DNA of 64,000 nt from an uncultured Flavobacteriales bacterium (GCA_963925495.1 CAWUST010000006.1:78247-142246); one strand, 5' to 3'; positions 30,157 to 41,653 are shown, counted from the first letter of the stretch. Made by a program: numbers and translations. The notes: generated by a model not told the origin, from the sequence alone.

Positions 30157-30783
30157 ATGAAAGTTGAAGTTTATAAAACAGACGGATCGAAAGCCAGTAA
30201 AAAGGCTGAATTGAACGATTCAATTTTCGGCGCTGAAGTAAATGAGCATGCAATTTATTTGGATGTTAAACAATACTTAGCTCACCAAAGACAGGGAACA
30301 CACTCTTCTAAAGAGCGTGGCCAAATAACTGGTAGTACTCGAAAGATTAAAAAGCAAAAAGGTACGGGTACTGCTCGTGCTGGTAGTATTAAATCTCCAA
30401 TATTTAGGGGCGGTGGTCGCGTTTTCGGCCCAGAACCTAGGTTTTACGGATTTAAGGTAAATAAGAAAACTAAGCAGGTAGCACGTATTTCTGCTCTTTC
30501 TTCAAAAGTGAAATCTGATGAAATAATGATAGTTGATAAGATTGAGATGAAAAGCCCCAAAACAACGGATATGATTACGATGTTGGCTAATCTCAAATTA
30601 ACTGGCAAAAAAACATTGCTGGTGCTGTCTGAACCAGATAAAAATGTATATTTGTCCTCCCGAAATTTGAGGGGAGTGTCGTACATAACTGCTTCTGAAT
30701 TAAATACTTATAGTATTTTGAATAATGAGAAAGTGGTAATGTGTGAGGCTTCAGTAGGAAAGATTGAATCTATTTTAAGTTAA
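30157..30783 (+). CDS. rplD: 50S ribosomal protein L4
   Basis: KQKGTGTARAGSIKSPIFRGGGRVFGP. Confidence 0.96.
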   Translation: MKVEVYKTDGSKASKKAELNDSIFGAEVNEHAIYLDVKQYLAHQRQGTHSSKERGQITGSTRKIKKQKGTGTARAGSIKSPIFRGGGRVFGPEPRFYGFKVNKKTKQVARISALSSKVKSDEIMIVDKIEMKSPKTTDMITMLANLKLTGKKTLLVLSEPDKNVYLSSRNLRGVSYITASELNTYSILNNEKVVMCEASVGKIESILS

Positions 30784-30790
30784 TTAAGCG

Positions 30791-31081
30791 ATGAATATTT
30801 TAATAAAACCGGTTATCACAGAGAAAATGTCGCGACAAGGTGAAGATTTTAATCGCTACGGGTTTGTGGTACCAAGAGACGTTAACAAAGTTGAAATAAA
30901 AAAAGCTGTGGAGGAAATGTATGGTGTTACAGTTAGTTCTGTAAATACTATGGTTACCCCAGGTAAGTCAAAATCGAGACACACGAAAAGAGGTGTTGTG
31001 GAAGGTAATACAAGCACAATTAAAAAAGCTGTAGTGACTTTAATTGATGGGGACATGATTGATTTTTATAGTAATATTTAA
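30791..31081 (+). CDS. rplW: 50S ribosomal protein L23
   Basis: 96 aa; ILIKPVITEKM...VNKVEIKKAVEEMYGV. Confidence 0.95.
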   Translation: MNILIKPVITEKMSRQGEDFNRYGFVVPRDVNKVEIKKAVEEMYGVTVSSVNTMVTPGKSKSRHTKRGVVEGNTSTIKKAVVTLIDGDMIDFYSNI

Positions 31082-31104
31082 TAAAGGAATAATTCACCGA
31101 TAAC

Positions 31105-31926
31105 ATGGCTGTTAGAAAATTTAATCCGGTTACTCCAGGACAACGTCACAAAGTGCAGGTCACTTTTGATGATGTTACAACTGGTACTCCAGAAAAGAGC
31201 TTGCTCGCTACTAAGAAAAGAAGTGGTGGTAGAAATAGTACTGGAAAGATGACCGTAAGATACAAGGGTGGAGGCCACAAGAAAAAATATCGTATTATTG
31301 ATTTTAAAAGAGATAATCACGGAATTCCTGGTAAAGTTGCTTCAATAGAATATGATCCAAATCGTACTGCACGAATTGCTCTGATTGTATTTGTTAATGG
31401 AGATAAGCGATACATAGTTGCCCCCGATAAACTTACTGTTGGAAAAGAACTTTTAAGTGGAGAAAAAGCTACTCCTGAAATAGGAAATGCTCTTTTCTTA
31501 AAAGATGTACCTCTAGGTACAGTAATTCATAATATTGAAATGAACCCTGGACAAGGTGGTAAGATTGCTCGTGGAGCAGGTTCTTATGCTCAACTAAATG
31601 CAAAAGATGGCAAATATGCTATAGTAAAAATGCCTTCAGGAGAGTCTAGAATGATTTTACTTACTTGCATGGCTACTATAGGTTCTGTGTCTAACTCAGA
31701 GCATAGTTTAGAAGTAAGTGGAAAAGCGGGAAGAAGTCGTTGGAAAGGTAGAAGGCCAAGAGTTCGTGGGGTTGTAATGAATCCAGTGGATCACCCAATG
31801 GGTGGAGGTGAAGGGCGTCAGTCTGGTGGTCATCCTCGTTCTAGAAATGGAATACCTGCAAAAGGATTTAAGACTAGGTCAAAGAAAAAGGCGAGTAATC
31901 GTTATATAATAACAAAGCGTAAGTAA
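31105..31926 (+). CDS. rplB: 50S ribosomal protein L2
   Basis: [13 protein letters not shown]...[17 protein letters not shown]. Confidence 0.98.
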   Translation: MAVRKFNPVTPGQRHKVQVTFDDVTTGTPEKSLLATKKRSGGRNSTGKMTVRYKGGGHKKKYRIIDFKRDNHGIPGKVASIEYDPNRTARIALIVFVNGDKRYIVAPDKLTVGKELLSGEKATPEIGNALFLKDVPLGTVIHNIEMNPGQGGKIARGAGSYAQLNAKDGKYAIVKMPSGESRMILLTCMATIGSVSNSEHSLEVSGKAGRSRWKGRRPRVRGVVMNPVDHPMGGGEGRQSGGHPRSRNGIPAKGFKTRSKKKASNRYIITKRK

Positions 31927-31945
31927 TCCGAGATAAGATAGAATT

Positions 31946-32221
31946 ATGAGTCGTTCATTAAAAAAACCGCCATTTGTGCACTACAAACTCCAAAAAAGAG
32001 TTGATGATATGCAAGTAGGTGGAAAGAAATCGGTTATCAAAACTTGGAGCAGAGCTTCGCTTATTACACCTGATTTTGTAGGTTTAACCATTGGTGTTCA
32101 CAATGGTAGGCAATTTATACCGGTTTTTGTTACAGAAAACATGGTAGGGCATAAATTGGGAGAATTTTCGCCTACTAGGAACTGGCGAGGCCACGCTGGT
32201 AAAAAAGATAAAAGAAGATAG
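31946..32221 (+). CDS. rpsS: 30S ribosomal protein S19
   Basis: [10 protein letters not shown]...[24 protein letters not shown]. Confidence 0.97.
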   Translation: MSRSLKKPPFVHYKLQKRVDDMQVGGKKSVIKTWSRASLITPDFVGLTIGVHNGRQFIPVFVTENMVGHKLGEFSPTRNWRGHAGKKDKRR

Positions 32222-32230
32222 TAAGAAATT

Positions 32231-32626
32231 ATGGGAGCCCGAAAAGGAAAAATAGCCGAAGAGCGAAAAGAGGCGCGTAAAACGCAATACATTGCTCGCT
32301 TAAATAATTGCCCTTCTTCACCTAGAAAGATGAGACTAGTTGCTGATTTAGTGAGAGGAATAGATGTAGTAAAAGCATCTAATATTTTACAATTTCATAA
32401 GCAAGCAGCATCGAATAAATTAGAGAAATTGATTTGGTCGGCAGTTGCCAATTTTGAAGAGAAATCTGGAGAAAATTGGGAAAATTCTGGTCTTTTTGTA
32501 AAAGAGATTCAGGTAGATGGAGCTCGAATGTTGAAACGAATTAAACCTCGTGCACAGGGAAGAGCAAATCGAATTAGAAAAAGATCAAATCACGTTACTT
32601 TGGTTCTTGGAACCCAGGAACAATAA
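32231..32626 (+). CDS. rplV: 50S ribosomal protein L22
   Basis: SPRKMRLVADLVRG...RAQGRANRIRKRSNHVT. Confidence 0.95.
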   Translation: MGARKGKIAEERKEARKTQYIARLNNCPSSPRKMRLVADLVRGIDVVKASNILQFHKQAASNKLEKLIWSAVANFEEKSGENWENSGLFVKEIQVDGARMLKRIKPRAQGRANRIRKRSNHVTLVLGTQEQ

Positions 32627-32635
32627 GAAGAAAAG

Positions 32636-33346
32636 ATGGGACAAAAGACAAATCCGATTGCAAACAGATTAGGTTTTATCCGAGGCTGGGATTCAAACTG
32701 GTACGGTGGAAATAAATACGCGGATAAATTAGTTGAAGACTATAATATTCGACGTTATTTGAATGCTCGTCTTCAAAAGGCTAGTGTTTCAAAAATTATT
32801 ATTGAGAGAACTTTAAAACTTATTACAGTTACAATTAGAACTGCGCGACCTGGTATTATTATCGGAAAAGGTGGATCTGAAGTTGATAAACTTAAAGAAG
32901 AAATCAAAAACATTACGAATAAGGAGATTCAAATTAACATTTTTGAAATCAAAAGACCTGAGTTAGACGCTCGTTTGGTTGCTGATAGTATTGCTCGACA
33001 AATTGAAGGAAGAATTTCTTTTAGAAGAGCGGCGAAAATGTCAATTGCATCTACAATGAGAATGGGTGCTGAGGGAATTAAGATTACCATTTCTGGTCGT
33101 CTTAACGGAGCTGAAATGGCTAGAACTGAGCATGCAAAGGATGGTAGAATTCCTTTACATACATTTCGTGCTGATATTGATTATGCATTAAGTGAGGCCA
33201 AAACTACTTATGGTAGAATTGGGGTTAAAGTGTGGATTTGCAATGGAGAAGTTCTTGGTAAAAGAGACTTGTCACCAGTTGTAGAGAAAAAAAATAAAGG
33301 TCCTGCTAGACAGCAAAAGTTCAATAGCAGAAAAAAAAGAAACTAG
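32636..33346 (+). CDS. rpsC: 30S ribosomal protein S3
   Basis: [13 protein letters not shown]...KH domain...[10 protein letters not shown]. Confidence 0.97.
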   Translation: MGQKTNPIANRLGFIRGWDSNWYGGNKYADKLVEDYNIRRYLNARLQKASVSKIIIERTLKLITVTIRTARPGIIIGKGGSEVDKLKEEIKNITNKEIQINIFEIKRPELDARLVADSIARQIEGRISFRRAAKMSIASTMRMGAEGIKITISGRLNGAEMARTEHAKDGRIPLHTFRADIDYALSEAKTTYGRIGVKVWICNGEVLGKRDLSPVVEKKNKGPARQQKFNSRKKRN

Positions 33347-33373
33347 TTGGTTAAGTTTTAAGCGATAGTAAAC

Positions 33374-33796
33374 ATGTTACAACCCAAGAAGGTAAAACAC
33401 AGAAAGGTTCAGAAGGGCCGCATAAAGGGAAACGCTCAAAGAGGCGCTAACCTTTCATTTGGTTCGTTTGGTATTAAAACTACTGTAGAAGGACGATTGA
33501 CCGGAAGACAAATTGAATCTGCAAGGATTGCAGTAACTCGTTACATGAAAAGACAAGGTCAGGTTTGGATAAGAATTTTTCCGGATACTCCTATAACGAA
33601 TAAGCCAGCTGAAGTAAGGATGGGAAAAGGAAAAGGAGCTTTGGATCATTGGGTTGCAAAAATTAAACCTGGTAGAATACTTTTTGAAATCGATGGTGTT
33701 GATTCAGTAGCAGCAAAAGAAGCGTTGCGTTTAGCAGCACAAAAACTTCCTGTTGTATGCAAATTTGTAACTCGTAGAGATTACAACGGTAAATAG
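33374..33796 (+). CDS. rplP: 50S ribosomal protein L16
   Basis: [16 protein letters not shown]...MGKGKGA. Confidence 0.97.
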   Translation: MLQPKKVKHRKVQKGRIKGNAQRGANLSFGSFGIKTTVEGRLTGRQIESARIAVTRYMKRQGQVWIRIFPDTPITNKPAEVRMGKGKGALDHWVAKIKPGRILFEIDGVDSVAAKEALRLAAQKLPVVCKFVTRRDYNGK

Positions 33797-33804
33797 AAAA
33801 TGAA

Positions 33805-34005
33805 ATGGAACAATCGGTAATAAATGAATTAAAAACAGAGGAACTTTTCGAAAGATTAGAAGATGAAAAGGGTTCTTTGACTAAACTCAGCATTAACCAT
33901 GCTGTTTCTCAATTGGAAAGTCCAATTGTATTGAGACAAAAAAGAAGAACTGTAGCTCGATTGAAGACCGAGATTACAAAAAGGGAATTAGCGCAATCTA
34001 AATAA
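33805..34005 (+). CDS. rpmC: 50S ribosomal protein L29
   Basis: 66 aa helical protein in the conserved slot between rplP and rpsQ. Confidence 0.9.
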   Translation: MEQSVINELKTEELFERLEDEKGSLTKLSINHAVSQLESPIVLRQKRRTVARLKTEITKRELAQSK

Positions 34006-34013
34006 GATATATA

Positions 34014-34268
34014 GTGCAAAGAAATCTTAGAAAAGAACGAATAGGGGTGGTGACTAGTACATCAATGGATAAGTCTATTGTAGTAATGGTTGAACGAAAG
34101 AAAAAACATCCTAAATACGGCAAGTTCGTAAAAATCACTAACAAATTTATGGCTCACGATGAAAATGAAGAGAGCTCAGTTGGTGATAAGGTAAAAATAA
34201 TGGAAACTAGACCTTTGTCTAAAAGCAAAAGGTGGAGACTTTCCGAAGTATTAGAGAAAGCTAAGTAA
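34014..34268 (+). CDS. rpsQ: 30S ribosomal protein S17 (GTG start)
   Basis: [22 protein letters not shown]...[13 protein letters not shown]. Confidence 0.93.
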   Translation: MQRNLRKERIGVVTSTSMDKSIVVMVERKKKHPKYGKFVKITNKFMAHDENEESSVGDKVKIMETRPLSKSKRWRLSEVLEKAK

Positions 34269-34280
34269 TTAGGTATAGCG

Positions 34281-34649
34281 ATGATTCAACAAGAAAGTAG
34301 ATTACAAGTTGCTGATAACAGTGGCGCAAAAGAAGTACTTTGTATAAGAGTACTTGGCGGTACTGGGCGTAGATATGCTTCTGTGGGTGACAAAATAGTA
34401 GTTGCCATTAAAGATGCCATACCTTCTGGTAACGTTAAAAAAGGAACAGTTTCACAAGCTGTTATTGTAAGAACAAAAAAAGAAGTTAGAAGAGCAGATG
34501 GTTCGTATATCCGCTTTGATAATAATGCTTGCGTTCTTTTAGGTACCACAGGTGAAATTAGAGGAACAAGGATTTTTGGTCCTGTTGCTCGTGAATTGCG
34601 AGAAAAGCAATACATGAAAATTGTATCATTGGCTCCTGAGGTGCTTTAA
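34281..34649 (+). CDS. rplN: 50S ribosomal protein L14
   Basis: [27 protein letters not shown]. Confidence 0.98.
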   Translation: MIQQESRLQVADNSGAKEVLCIRVLGGTGRRYASVGDKIVVAIKDAIPSGNVKKGTVSQAVIVRTKKEVRRADGSYIRFDNNACVLLGTTGEIRGTRIFGPVARELREKQYMKIVSLAPEVL

Positions 34650-34661
34650 TAATAATTAGTG

Positions 34662-34976
34662 ATGAAAATCCATATTAAAAAAGACGATACAGTACAAGTT
34701 CTTGCCGGAGAAGGTAAGGGGAAAACAGGAAGAGTTCTTTCTGTTGATGCTGTAAAGTATAGAGCCCGAGTAGAAGGCGTCAAAATGGTTAAGAAACACA
34801 ATAAACCCAGTGCAGAAAGTCCTGACGGTGGTATTGTAGAAATGGAAGGTACAGTTCATGTTTCTAACCTAATGGTAGTTGATTCTAGCGGAACAGCTTC
34901 TAGAATTAAAAGAGGAAAAAACGAAAAAGGAAATTCAATTAGAGTTTCCGTTAAAACAGGGGAGGAAATTAAATAA
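34662..34976 (+). CDS. rplX: 50S ribosomal protein L24
   Basis: [25 protein letters not shown] (KOW motif). ATG 34662 is preferred over the GTG at 34659 used by the track. Confidence 0.93.
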   Translation: MKIHIKKDDTVQVLAGEGKGKTGRVLSVDAVKYRARVEGVKMVKKHNKPSAESPDGGIVEMEGTVHVSNLMVVDSSGTASRIKRGKNEKGNSIRVSVKTGEEIK

Positions 34977-35521
34977 TGTATCAACCCAGGTTAAAATCAG
35001 AATATAAAGAGCGTATTGTTAGTGCCTTGATGGAAAAATTCAAGTATACTACTCCAATGCAAGTGCCTAAAGTGGAAAAAATTGTTATCAGTCAAGGAAT
35101 GGGTAAAGCCACTACTGATAAGAAAATCATGGAAGCAGCACTTGATGAATTAGCTCTAATTACAGGTCAAAAAGCAATTTCTTGCAAAGCGAAAAAAGAT
35201 GTTTCTAACTTCAAAATTCGTAAAGGTATGGCAATTGGCACTAAAGTAACTTTACGTTCAAATCAAATGTATGATTTCTTAGATCGTCTTATTTCTTTGG
35301 CTTTGCCTCGGACAAGAGATTTTAGAGGAATTAAAAAAGAGGGATTTGACGGAAGAGGAAATTATACCCTTGGAGTTAAAGAACAAATTATTTTCCCGGA
35401 AATTGATATCGATAAAATCAAGGAAATTAATGGAATGGATATAACTTTTGTTACCTCGGCGAATTCTGACGAAGAAGCGAAAGCATTGTTAACAGAATTT
35501 GGTTTACCCTTTAAAAAATAA
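34976..35521 (+). CDS. rplE: 50S ribosomal protein L5
   Basis: TAATG overlap with rplX; RDFRGI...[18 protein letters not shown]. Confidence 0.97.
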   Translation: MYQPRLKSEYKERIVSALMEKFKYTTPMQVPKVEKIVISQGMGKATTDKKIMEAALDELALITGQKAISCKAKKDVSNFKIRKGMAIGTKVTLRSNQMYDFLDRLISLALPRTRDFRGIKKEGFDGRGNYTLGVKEQIIFPEIDIDKIKEINGMDITFVTSANSDEEAKALLTEFGLPFKK

Positions 35522-35524
35522 AAG

Positions 35525-35794
35525 ATGGCAAAAGAATCGATGAAAGCTCGCGAAAGAAAGCGCGAAAGATTAGTTGAACAATATGCTGAAAGACGTGCTG
35601 CTCTGAAAGCGGAAGGTGATTGGGAAGGTTTACAAAAACTCCCAAAAAACTCTTCTAAAGTAAGATTACATAATCGTTGTAAGCTTACTGGACGTCCGAG
35701 AGGGTATATGAGAAATTTTGGTATTTCTAGAGTTACATTTAGAGAAATGGCAACTCAAGGATTGATACCTGGAGTGAAAAAAGCAAGTTGGTAA
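35525..35794 (+). CDS. rpsN: 30S ribosomal protein S14 (89-aa, non-zinc form)
   Basis: [13 protein letters not shown]...[19 protein letters not shown]...ASW. It has a single Cys, so no CxxC pairs. Confidence 0.95.
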   Translation: MAKESMKARERKRERLVEQYAERRAALKAEGDWEGLQKLPKNSSKVRLHNRCKLTGRPRGYMRNFGISRVTFREMATQGLIPGVKKASW

Positions 35795-35813
35795 TAGCAT
35801 TTAATACGGAATC

Positions 35814-36212
35814 ATGAATACAGATCCTATAGCAGATTTTCTTACAAGAATAAGAAACGGTGTAATGGCCGGGAATAAAGTTGTTGAAATTCCTGCATCA
35901 AATATCAAAAAACAAATGACTAAAATCCTTTTTGAAAAAGGATATATCTTGAATTATAAATTCGAAGATGAAGGTCCTCAAGGGAACATTAAAGTTGCCT
36001 TAAAGTATTCTAAGTCAAATAACACCTCGGCAATAAAATCAATTCAAAGGGTTTCTAAGCCAGGAATGAGAAGTTATACAAATTCGAAAGAATTGCCAAG
36101 AGTTCTTAACGGCCTTGGAATAGCAATAATTTCAACTTCACAAGGTTTAATGACTGATAAAGAAGCTGGGAAATTGAATGTTGGTGGAGAAGTTCTTTGT
36201 CACGTTTATTAA
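35814..36212 (+). CDS. rpsH: 30S ribosomal protein S8
   Basis: DPIADFLTRIRNG...GGEVLCHVY. Confidence 0.97.
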   Translation: MNTDPIADFLTRIRNGVMAGNKVVEIPASNIKKQMTKILFEKGYILNYKFEDEGPQGNIKVALKYSKSNNTSAIKSIQRVSKPGMRSYTNSKELPRVLNGLGIAIISTSQGLMTDKEAGKLNVGGEVLCHVY

Positions 36213-36234
36213 TAGATAAAAAGAAAAGTAAAAA

Positions 36235-36786
36235 ATGTCACGAATAGGAAAAGCACCTATTACGATTCCTGAAAGCGCAACGGTTACTATAGAAGGTAAT
36301 GTTGTTAATGTTAAGGGTCCTAAAGGAGAGTTATCAGAAACTCTTTCTGATCACGTAAGTGTTTCTGTAGAAGGAAACGTACTTACTTTGATAAGAAAAG
36401 ACGAATCTAAAGACTCTAGATCTCGACACGGATTGTACCGTTCATTAGTTTCAAATATGATTGATGGAGTTACAGAAGGTTATAAAAAACAATTAGAACT
36501 TAATGGTGTTGGTTATAGAGCCGTTGCAAAAGGTCAAGAATTAGAACTTACTATAGGGTTTTCTCACAATGTTGTGTTTCAATTGCCTTCTGAAATAAAA
36601 TTAGAAGCTGAAACAGAAAGAGGAACAGCTCCATTGGTAACTTTGACGTCTCATGACAAACAGTTAATCGGAATGGTTGCTGCGAAAATCAGATCGTTTA
36701 GACCACCGGAACCTTACAAGGGAAAAGGAATTAAATACGTAGGTGAATACATTAGAAGAAAAGCTGGTAAGTCAGCAGCCAAATAA
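36235..36786 (+). CDS. rplF: 50S ribosomal protein L6
   Basis: [12 protein letters not shown]...GVGYRA...[11 protein letters not shown]. Confidence 0.97.
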   Translation: MSRIGKAPITIPESATVTIEGNVVNVKGPKGELSETLSDHVSVSVEGNVLTLIRKDESKDSRSRHGLYRSLVSNMIDGVTEGYKKQLELNGVGYRAVAKGQELELTIGFSHNVVFQLPSEIKLEAETERGTAPLVTLTSHDKQLIGMVAAKIRSFRPPEPYKGKGIKYVGEYIRRKAGKSAAK

Positions 36787-36794
36787 TATATAGC

Positions 36795-37148
36795 ATGGGA
36801 CTCACTAAGTTAGAAAGAAGAAGAAGAATTAAGAGAAGGGTTAGAAAGCATATTTCTGGAACTTCTGTTATTCCAAGATTGTCAGTTTTTAGAAGTAATA
36901 AAGAATTTTATGCTCAATTAATTGATGATGTATCAGGAAAAACTTTAGCATCAGTATCTTCATTGAAAAATGCAGATGTATCTAAAGGAAGTAAAATGGA
37001 AACAGCCGCTCTAGTTGGAAAATCATTAGCTGAAAAAGCTAGTGGAGTGGGTATTCAAGAAGTTAAATTTGATAGAAATGGTTTTTTGTTTCACGGTAGA
37101 GTAAAAGCTTTTGCTGATGCTGCCAGAGAAGCCGGCCTTAAATTCTAG
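36795..37148 (+). CDS. rplR: 50S ribosomal protein L18
   Basis: [18 protein letters not shown]...[24 protein letters not shown]. Confidence 0.96.
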   Translation: MGLTKLERRRRIKRRVRKHISGTSVIPRLSVFRSNKEFYAQLIDDVSGKTLASVSSLKNADVSKGSKMETAALVGKSLAEKASGVGIQEVKFDRNGFLFHGRVKAFADAAREAGLKF

Positions 37149-37155
37149 TAGTAAG

Positions 37156-37674
37156 ATGGCAAACGAAAACATAAAAAGAGTTCGATCAAGCGAAATCGAA
37201 TTAAAAGATAAGCTTGTTGATATTCGTAGAGTTGTTAAAGTAACTAAAGGTGGACGTACATTCGGTTTCTCTGCATTAGTTGTCGTAGGGGACGAAAACG
37301 GAGTTGTAGGTTTTGGAACAGGAAAAGCAAAAGAAGTTACTAGTGCAATTGCAAAAGGAATTGATGATGCTAAAAAGAATTTGGTAAAAGTGCCAATTCT
37401 AAAAGGAACTATTCCTCACCAACAAAATGCACGTTTTGGTGGAGCAAGTGTGTATATTCAACCAGCTTCGCATGGTACTGGTGTAATAGCTGGTGGTGCA
37501 ATGAGAGCAGTCTTGGAAAGTGTTGGTGTAACTGATGTTTTAGCAAAATCAAAAGGATCGTCAAATCCTCAGAATGTTGTTAAAGCTACGGTTAAAGCTC
37601 TGACTGAATTAAGAGATGGTTTAACAGTGGCTAATCACCGTGGAGTTAGTTTAAGTAAAGTGTATAACGGCTAA
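37156..37674 (+). CDS. rpsE: 30S ribosomal protein S5
   Basis: Start set at ATG 37156 (MANENIKRV...). The track start at 37111 would overlap the rplR 3' end. [23 protein letters not shown]. Confidence 0.95.
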   Translation: MANENIKRVRSSEIELKDKLVDIRRVVKVTKGGRTFGFSALVVVGDENGVVGFGTGKAKEVTSAIAKGIDDAKKNLVKVPILKGTIPHQQNARFGGASVYIQPASHGTGVIAGGAMRAVLESVGVTDVLAKSKGSSNPQNVVKATVKALTELRDGLTVANHRGVSLSKVYNG

Positions 37675-37687
37675 TATTTTATAAAAA

Positions 37688-37870
37688 ATGGCTAAGATTA
37701 AAGTAACTCAAGTAAGGTCAAAGATAAAAAGACCCGAAGGACAGAAAAGAACGCTAATTGCATTAGGTCTTAAAAAGTTGAATCAAACTGTAGAACATGA
37801 GGCTACCCCTCAAATTCTTGGTATGGTTAATACAGTAAGGCATTTAGTTAAAACAGAAGAAGTTAAATAA
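37688..37870 (+). CDS. rpmD: 50S ribosomal protein L30
   Basis: MAKIKVTQVRSKI...QKRTLIALGL. Confidence 0.93.
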   Translation: MAKIKVTQVRSKIKRPEGQKRTLIALGLKKLNQTVEHEATPQILGMVNTVRHLVKTEEVK

Positions 37871-37887
37871 TTTATTTCGCTTACGCA

Positions 37888-38334
37888 ATGAAATTACATG
37901 AATTAAGACCTGCAAAAGGTGCTGTAAAAAGTAAAAAACGAATTGGTCGTGGAGAAGGAAGTGGTAAAGGTGGAACTTCTACACGTGGACATAATGGACA
38001 ACAGTCTAGATCTGGATATTCGAGAAAAATCGGATTTGAAGGTGGGCAAATGCCACTTCAAAGAAGGGTTCCTAAATTTGGCTTTACAAATATCAATAGA
38101 GTTGAATATAAAGCTGTAAACCTTGCTACTCTGCAAGATTTAGTTGAGAGAAAAAAGGTTACAGAGATTAATAAGAAAGTTTTGATGGAGAACGGTCTTG
38201 TATCTAGAAACGATATAATTAAAGTTTTAGGACACGGAGAGTTGAAAGCAAAACTAAAAGTATCGGTAGATGCGTATTCTGAAACTGCTAAAAAAGCAAT
38301 TGAAGATAACGGAGGAGAAGCCATCACATTATAA
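37888..38334 (+). CDS. rplO: 50S ribosomal protein L15
   Basis: RIGRGEGSGKGGTSTRGHNGQ...LQRRVPKFGF. Confidence 0.96.
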   Translation: MKLHELRPAKGAVKSKKRIGRGEGSGKGGTSTRGHNGQQSRSGYSRKIGFEGGQMPLQRRVPKFGFTNINRVEYKAVNLATLQDLVERKKVTEINKKVLMENGLVSRNDIIKVLGHGELKAKLKVSVDAYSETAKKAIEDNGGEAITL

Positions 38335-38344
38335 GATTTATTGA

Positions 38345-39682
38345 ATGAAGCGTTTATTTACAACAATCCAAAATATTTATAAAATTGATGATCTGAGAAT
38401 TCGAATTTTGAATACTCTTGGTTTTCTACTTATATACAGATTAGGATCTTTCGTTGTTTTACCTGGAGTTGACTCTGTGGTATTGGAAGCAAATGCTCAA
38501 CAAGCTACCGGTCTGGCAGCATTAATTAATATGTTCGCCGGTGGTGCGTTTAGTAGAGCTTCAATTTTCGCTTTAGGAATAATGCCGTATATATCTGCAT
38601 CGATTGTAATGCAACTTATGGGTATTGCAGTTCCACAATTTGCCAAAATGCAAAAGGATGGTGAAAGTGGAAGAAAGAAAATTACTCAGTGGACACGATT
38701 TTTGACCATTGGAATTTGCTTGGCTCAAGCACCTTCTTATATTGCAACTTCAATTGATCCGAGAGCAATTATTGAAAACACTCCATTCTTTTGGATTACT
38801 TCTACTGTATTACTTATCACAGGGACGATGTTTGTGATGTGGTTGGGAGAAAGAATTACGGACAAGGGTCTTGGAAACGGGATTTCATTGTTGATTATGA
38901 TTGGTATAATTGCCAATTTTCCAACTGCTTTAGTGTTTGAGTTTCAAGCAAAAAATAGTGCAGAAGGATTAGGATTGGTTATGTTCTTAGTAGAATTAGT
39001 ATTCTTATTACTAGTTACCATAGCCACAATACTGCTTGTTCAAGGTGTGAGAAAAGTACCTTTGAATTTCGCGAAAAATGTTGTGGGTAGTAGACAAATT
39101 GGTGGTGCTCGTCAATACTTACCATTAAAGGTAAATGCTGCTGGAGTTATGCCTATTATATTTGCTCAAGCATTAATGTTTATTCCAATGAGTTTTACTA
39201 GTATTTCGGATTCAGAAGCTGCTACATCAGTTGCTTCAATGTTTGCTGATATTACCGGGTTTTGGTATAACATCACATTTTTTATAATGATCATTGCTTT
39301 TACTTATTTTTATACGGCTATTACTGTTAACCCTAACCAAATGGCTGATGATTTAAAGAAGAATGGTGGGTTTGTTCCTGGTGTACGCCCGGGAAAAGAT
39401 ACTTCTGATTTTTTAGAAAATATTATTTCAAAAATTACACTTCCTGGTTCTATATTTTTAGGATTTATATCAATTTTACCGGCGTTTGCAATGATTGCAG
39501 GTGTAAGTAATAGTTTTGCCTACTTTTTTGGAGGCACAAGTTTATTGATTATGGTTGGTGTAATATTAGATACTCTTCAACAAGTAGAAAGTTATTTGTT
39601 GATGCGTGAATACGATGGTTTGATGAAATCTGGTCGCATAAGTGGTCGGTCATCAACTGGGAGTTATGGAGCAGGTCAATAA
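38345..39682 (+). CDS. secY: Preprotein translocase subunit SecY
   Basis: 445 aa, 10-TM; FALGIMPYISASIVMQL, ITDKGLGNGISLLI. Confidence 0.97.
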   Translation: MKRLFTTIQNIYKIDDLRIRILNTLGFLLIYRLGSFVVLPGVDSVVLEANAQQATGLAALINMFAGGAFSRASIFALGIMPYISASIVMQLMGIAVPQFAKMQKDGESGRKKITQWTRFLTIGICLAQAPSYIATSIDPRAIIENTPFFWITSTVLLITGTMFVMWLGERITDKGLGNGISLLIMIGIIANFPTALVFEFQAKNSAEGLGLVMFLVELVFLLLVTIATILLVQGVRKVPLNFAKNVVGSRQIGGARQYLPLKVNAAGVMPIIFAQALMFIPMSFTSISDSEAATSVASMFADITGFWYNITFFIMIIAFTYFYTAITVNPNQMADDLKKNGGFVPGVRPGKDTSDFLENIISKITLPGSIFLGFISILPAFAMIAGVSNSFAYFFGGTSLLIMVGVILDTLQQVESYLLMREYDGLMKSGRISGRSSTGSYGAGQ

Positions 39683-40464
39683 TGAGTCAGATCTTTTATA
39701 AGACTGACGAAGAAATTGAAATTCTTCGAGAGAGTTGTTTGCTTGTTGGAAGAACCTTGGCAGAAGTAGCTAAGTTAATGGAACCCGGAGCCAATCCTTT
39801 AAAGCTTGATAAAGTGGCTGAGGAATTTATTCGGGATCATGGAGCTAAGCCAGGTTTTAAAGGATATGGAGGATTCCCAAATACACTTTGTTTTTCAGTG
39901 AATGAACAAGTTGTACATGGAATTCCTACTAAAAAGCCACTTGAAGATGGAGATATTGTTTCTGTTGATTGTGGAACCGTTCTTAATGGTTTTTGTGGAG
40001 ATTCTGCTTATACATTTGAAGTAGGAAATGTGGCTCCAGAAGTAAAGGAATTACTTCGAGTTACAAAAGAGTCCTTGTATAGGGGGATTGAAGCTGCAGT
40101 TTCTGGAAACAGAACTGGTGATATTGGTAACGCAGTTCAATCTCATGCAGAATCTCATGGTTACGGCGTAGTTCGTGAGTTGGTTGGCCATGGTTTAGGT
40201 AAAAGTTTACATGAAGGTCCCGAAGTTCCAAATTATGGAAAAAAGGGAAAAGGTAAACTACTTAAACAAGGGTTAGTAATTGCAATTGAACCTATGATTA
40301 ATATGGGTGGAAAGGCGGTTAAGCAACTAAATGATGGTTGGACTATTGTCACTAGAGATGGGAAGCCGTCAGCTCATTTTGAGCACGACATTGCCATTAG
40401 AAATGGAAAGGCAGATATACTGTCAAGTTTTGAAGAGATTGAAAAAGTACTAGAAAATAAATAA
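39682..40464 (+). CDS. map: Type I methionine aminopeptidase
   Basis: [14 protein letters not shown], metal ligands in HGLG...HE, IEPM, EHDI. TAATG overlap with secY. Confidence 0.95.
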   Translation: MSQIFYKTDEEIEILRESCLLVGRTLAEVAKLMEPGANPLKLDKVAEEFIRDHGAKPGFKGYGGFPNTLCFSVNEQVVHGIPTKKPLEDGDIVSVDCGTVLNGFCGDSAYTFEVGNVAPEVKELLRVTKESLYRGIEAAVSGNRTGDIGNAVQSHAESHGYGVVRELVGHGLGKSLHEGPEVPNYGKKGKGKLLKQGLVIAIEPMINMGGKAVKQLNDGWTIVTRDGKPSAHFEHDIAIRNGKADILSSFEEIEKVLENK

Positions 40465-40469
40465 TAAAT

Positions 40470-40688
40470 ATGGCCAAACAGGCATCTATAGAACAAGACG
40501 GTAAAATTATTGAAGCATTGTCAAATGCAATGTTCAGAGTGGAGCTTGAAAACGGTCACATTATTACATCGCATATTTCAGGTAAAATGAGAATGTTTTA
40601 CATAAAAATATTACCGGGTGATAAGGTGAAAGTTGAAATGTCGCCATATGATTTAACAAAAGGAAGAATTACTTTCAGATACAAATAA
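40470..40688 (+). CDS. infA: Translation initiation factor IF-1
   Basis: 72 aa S1-like; FRVELENGH...[16 protein letters not shown]. Confidence 0.96.
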   Translation: MAKQASIEQDGKIIEALSNAMFRVELENGHIITSHISGKMRMFYIKILPGDKVKVEMSPYDLTKGRITFRYK

Positions 40689-40689
40689 G

Positions 40690-40806
40690 ATGAAGACAAG
40701 AGCATCGATTAAGAAGAGAAGTGAAGACTGTAAAATAGTCCGAAGAAAAGGACGACTTTACGTCATTAACAAAAAGAATCCTAAATTTAAACAAAGACAA
40801 GGTTAA
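40690..40806 (+). CDS. rpmJ: 50S ribosomal protein L36 (non-zinc form)
   Basis: Missed by the ORF track (38 aa). Translates to [38 protein letters not shown]. In the conserved slot between infA and rpsM. Confidence 0.92.
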   Translation: MKTRASIKKRSEDCKIVRRKGRLYVINKKNPKFKQRQG

Positions 40807-40817
40807 TAGTAGAAATT

Positions 40818-41195
40818 ATGGCCCGAATTGCAGGAATAGATTTACCAAAAAACAAAAGAGGAATCATAGGTTTGACATACATCTATGGTGTTGGTCCCTC
40901 TAAGGCTAAAGAGATCTTACAAGAAGCTGGAGTTGATCCAAGCATTCGTGTACAAGATTGGGATGACGATCAGTTATCTGCCATCAGAAACTACATTAAC
41001 TCTACTTTTAAAGTAGAAGGTGCTCTTCGATCGGAAGTTCAATTGAACATAAAACGATTGATGGATATCGGTTGTTACCGTGGCATTCGCCACCGTTCAG
41101 GGCTTCCACTTAGAGGTCAAAGAACGAAAAACAACTGTAGAACAAGAAAAGGAAAAAGAAAAACAGTTGCGAACAAAAAAATTGCTTCTAAATAA
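40818..41195 (+). CDS. rpsM: 30S ribosomal protein S13
   Basis: [14 protein letters not shown]...[18 protein letters not shown]. Confidence 0.97.
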   Translation: MARIAGIDLPKNKRGIIGLTYIYGVGPSKAKEILQEAGVDPSIRVQDWDDDQLSAIRNYINSTFKVEGALRSEVQLNIKRLMDIGCYRGIRHRSGLPLRGQRTKNNCRTRKGKRKTVANKKIASK

Positions 41196-41207
41196 TAGTA
41201 ATTAATT

Positions 41208-41591
41208 ATGGCAAAGTCTAGCGCTAAAAAATTTAAAGTAAAAATTGATGCTGTTGGAGAAGCTCATATCAAAGCTTCATTTAACAATATCATTATTACC
41301 CTTACTAATGCCCAAGGGCAGACAATTTCTTGGTCTTCAGCCGGGAAGTTAGGGTTTAGAGGTTCTAAAAAGAATACTCCTTATGCTGCTCAACAAGCTG
41401 CTCAAGATGCCTCGCAAGTGGCTTATGATGCTGGTTTGAGAAAAGTAAAATTGTTTGTTAAAGGGCCTGGTTCAGGTCGTGAATCTGCAATTAGAACAAT
41501 TCATAATGCAGGTATTCAAGTTATGGAAATAGTTGATGTAACTCCATTGCCACACAATGGTTGTCGCCCTCCAAAACGAAGAAGAGTTTAG
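41208..41591 (+). CDS. rpsK: 30S ribosomal protein S11
   Basis: [17 protein letters not shown]...[17 protein letters not shown]. Confidence 0.97.
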   Translation: MAKSSAKKFKVKIDAVGEAHIKASFNNIIITLTNAQGQTISWSSAGKLGFRGSKKNTPYAAQQAAQDASQVAYDAGLRKVKLFVKGPGSGRESAIRTIHNAGIQVMEIVDVTPLPHNGCRPPKRRRV

Positions 41592-41606
41592 TAAATTAAA
41601 TAATTA

Positions 41607-41653
41607 GAAAGGATTTTGGTGTCGAAGGAAATGCCTTAATTCACACCCCTTTC
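41607..41653 (+). promoter_or_regulatory. Structured RNA leader upstream of rpsD (candidate S4 autoregulatory element)
   Basis: Nested pairing GAAAGG(41607-12)/CCTTTC(41648-53) and GGTGT(41618-22)/ACACC(41643-47), with an inner AAGG/CCTT hairpin. It lies in the only large (82-nt) spacer of the operon. Confidence 0.4.

Noticed and set aside
37111-37155. Upstream start for rpsE
   Set aside because: It overlaps the rplR coding end. The conserved S5 N-terminus begins at MANENIKRV (ATG 37156).
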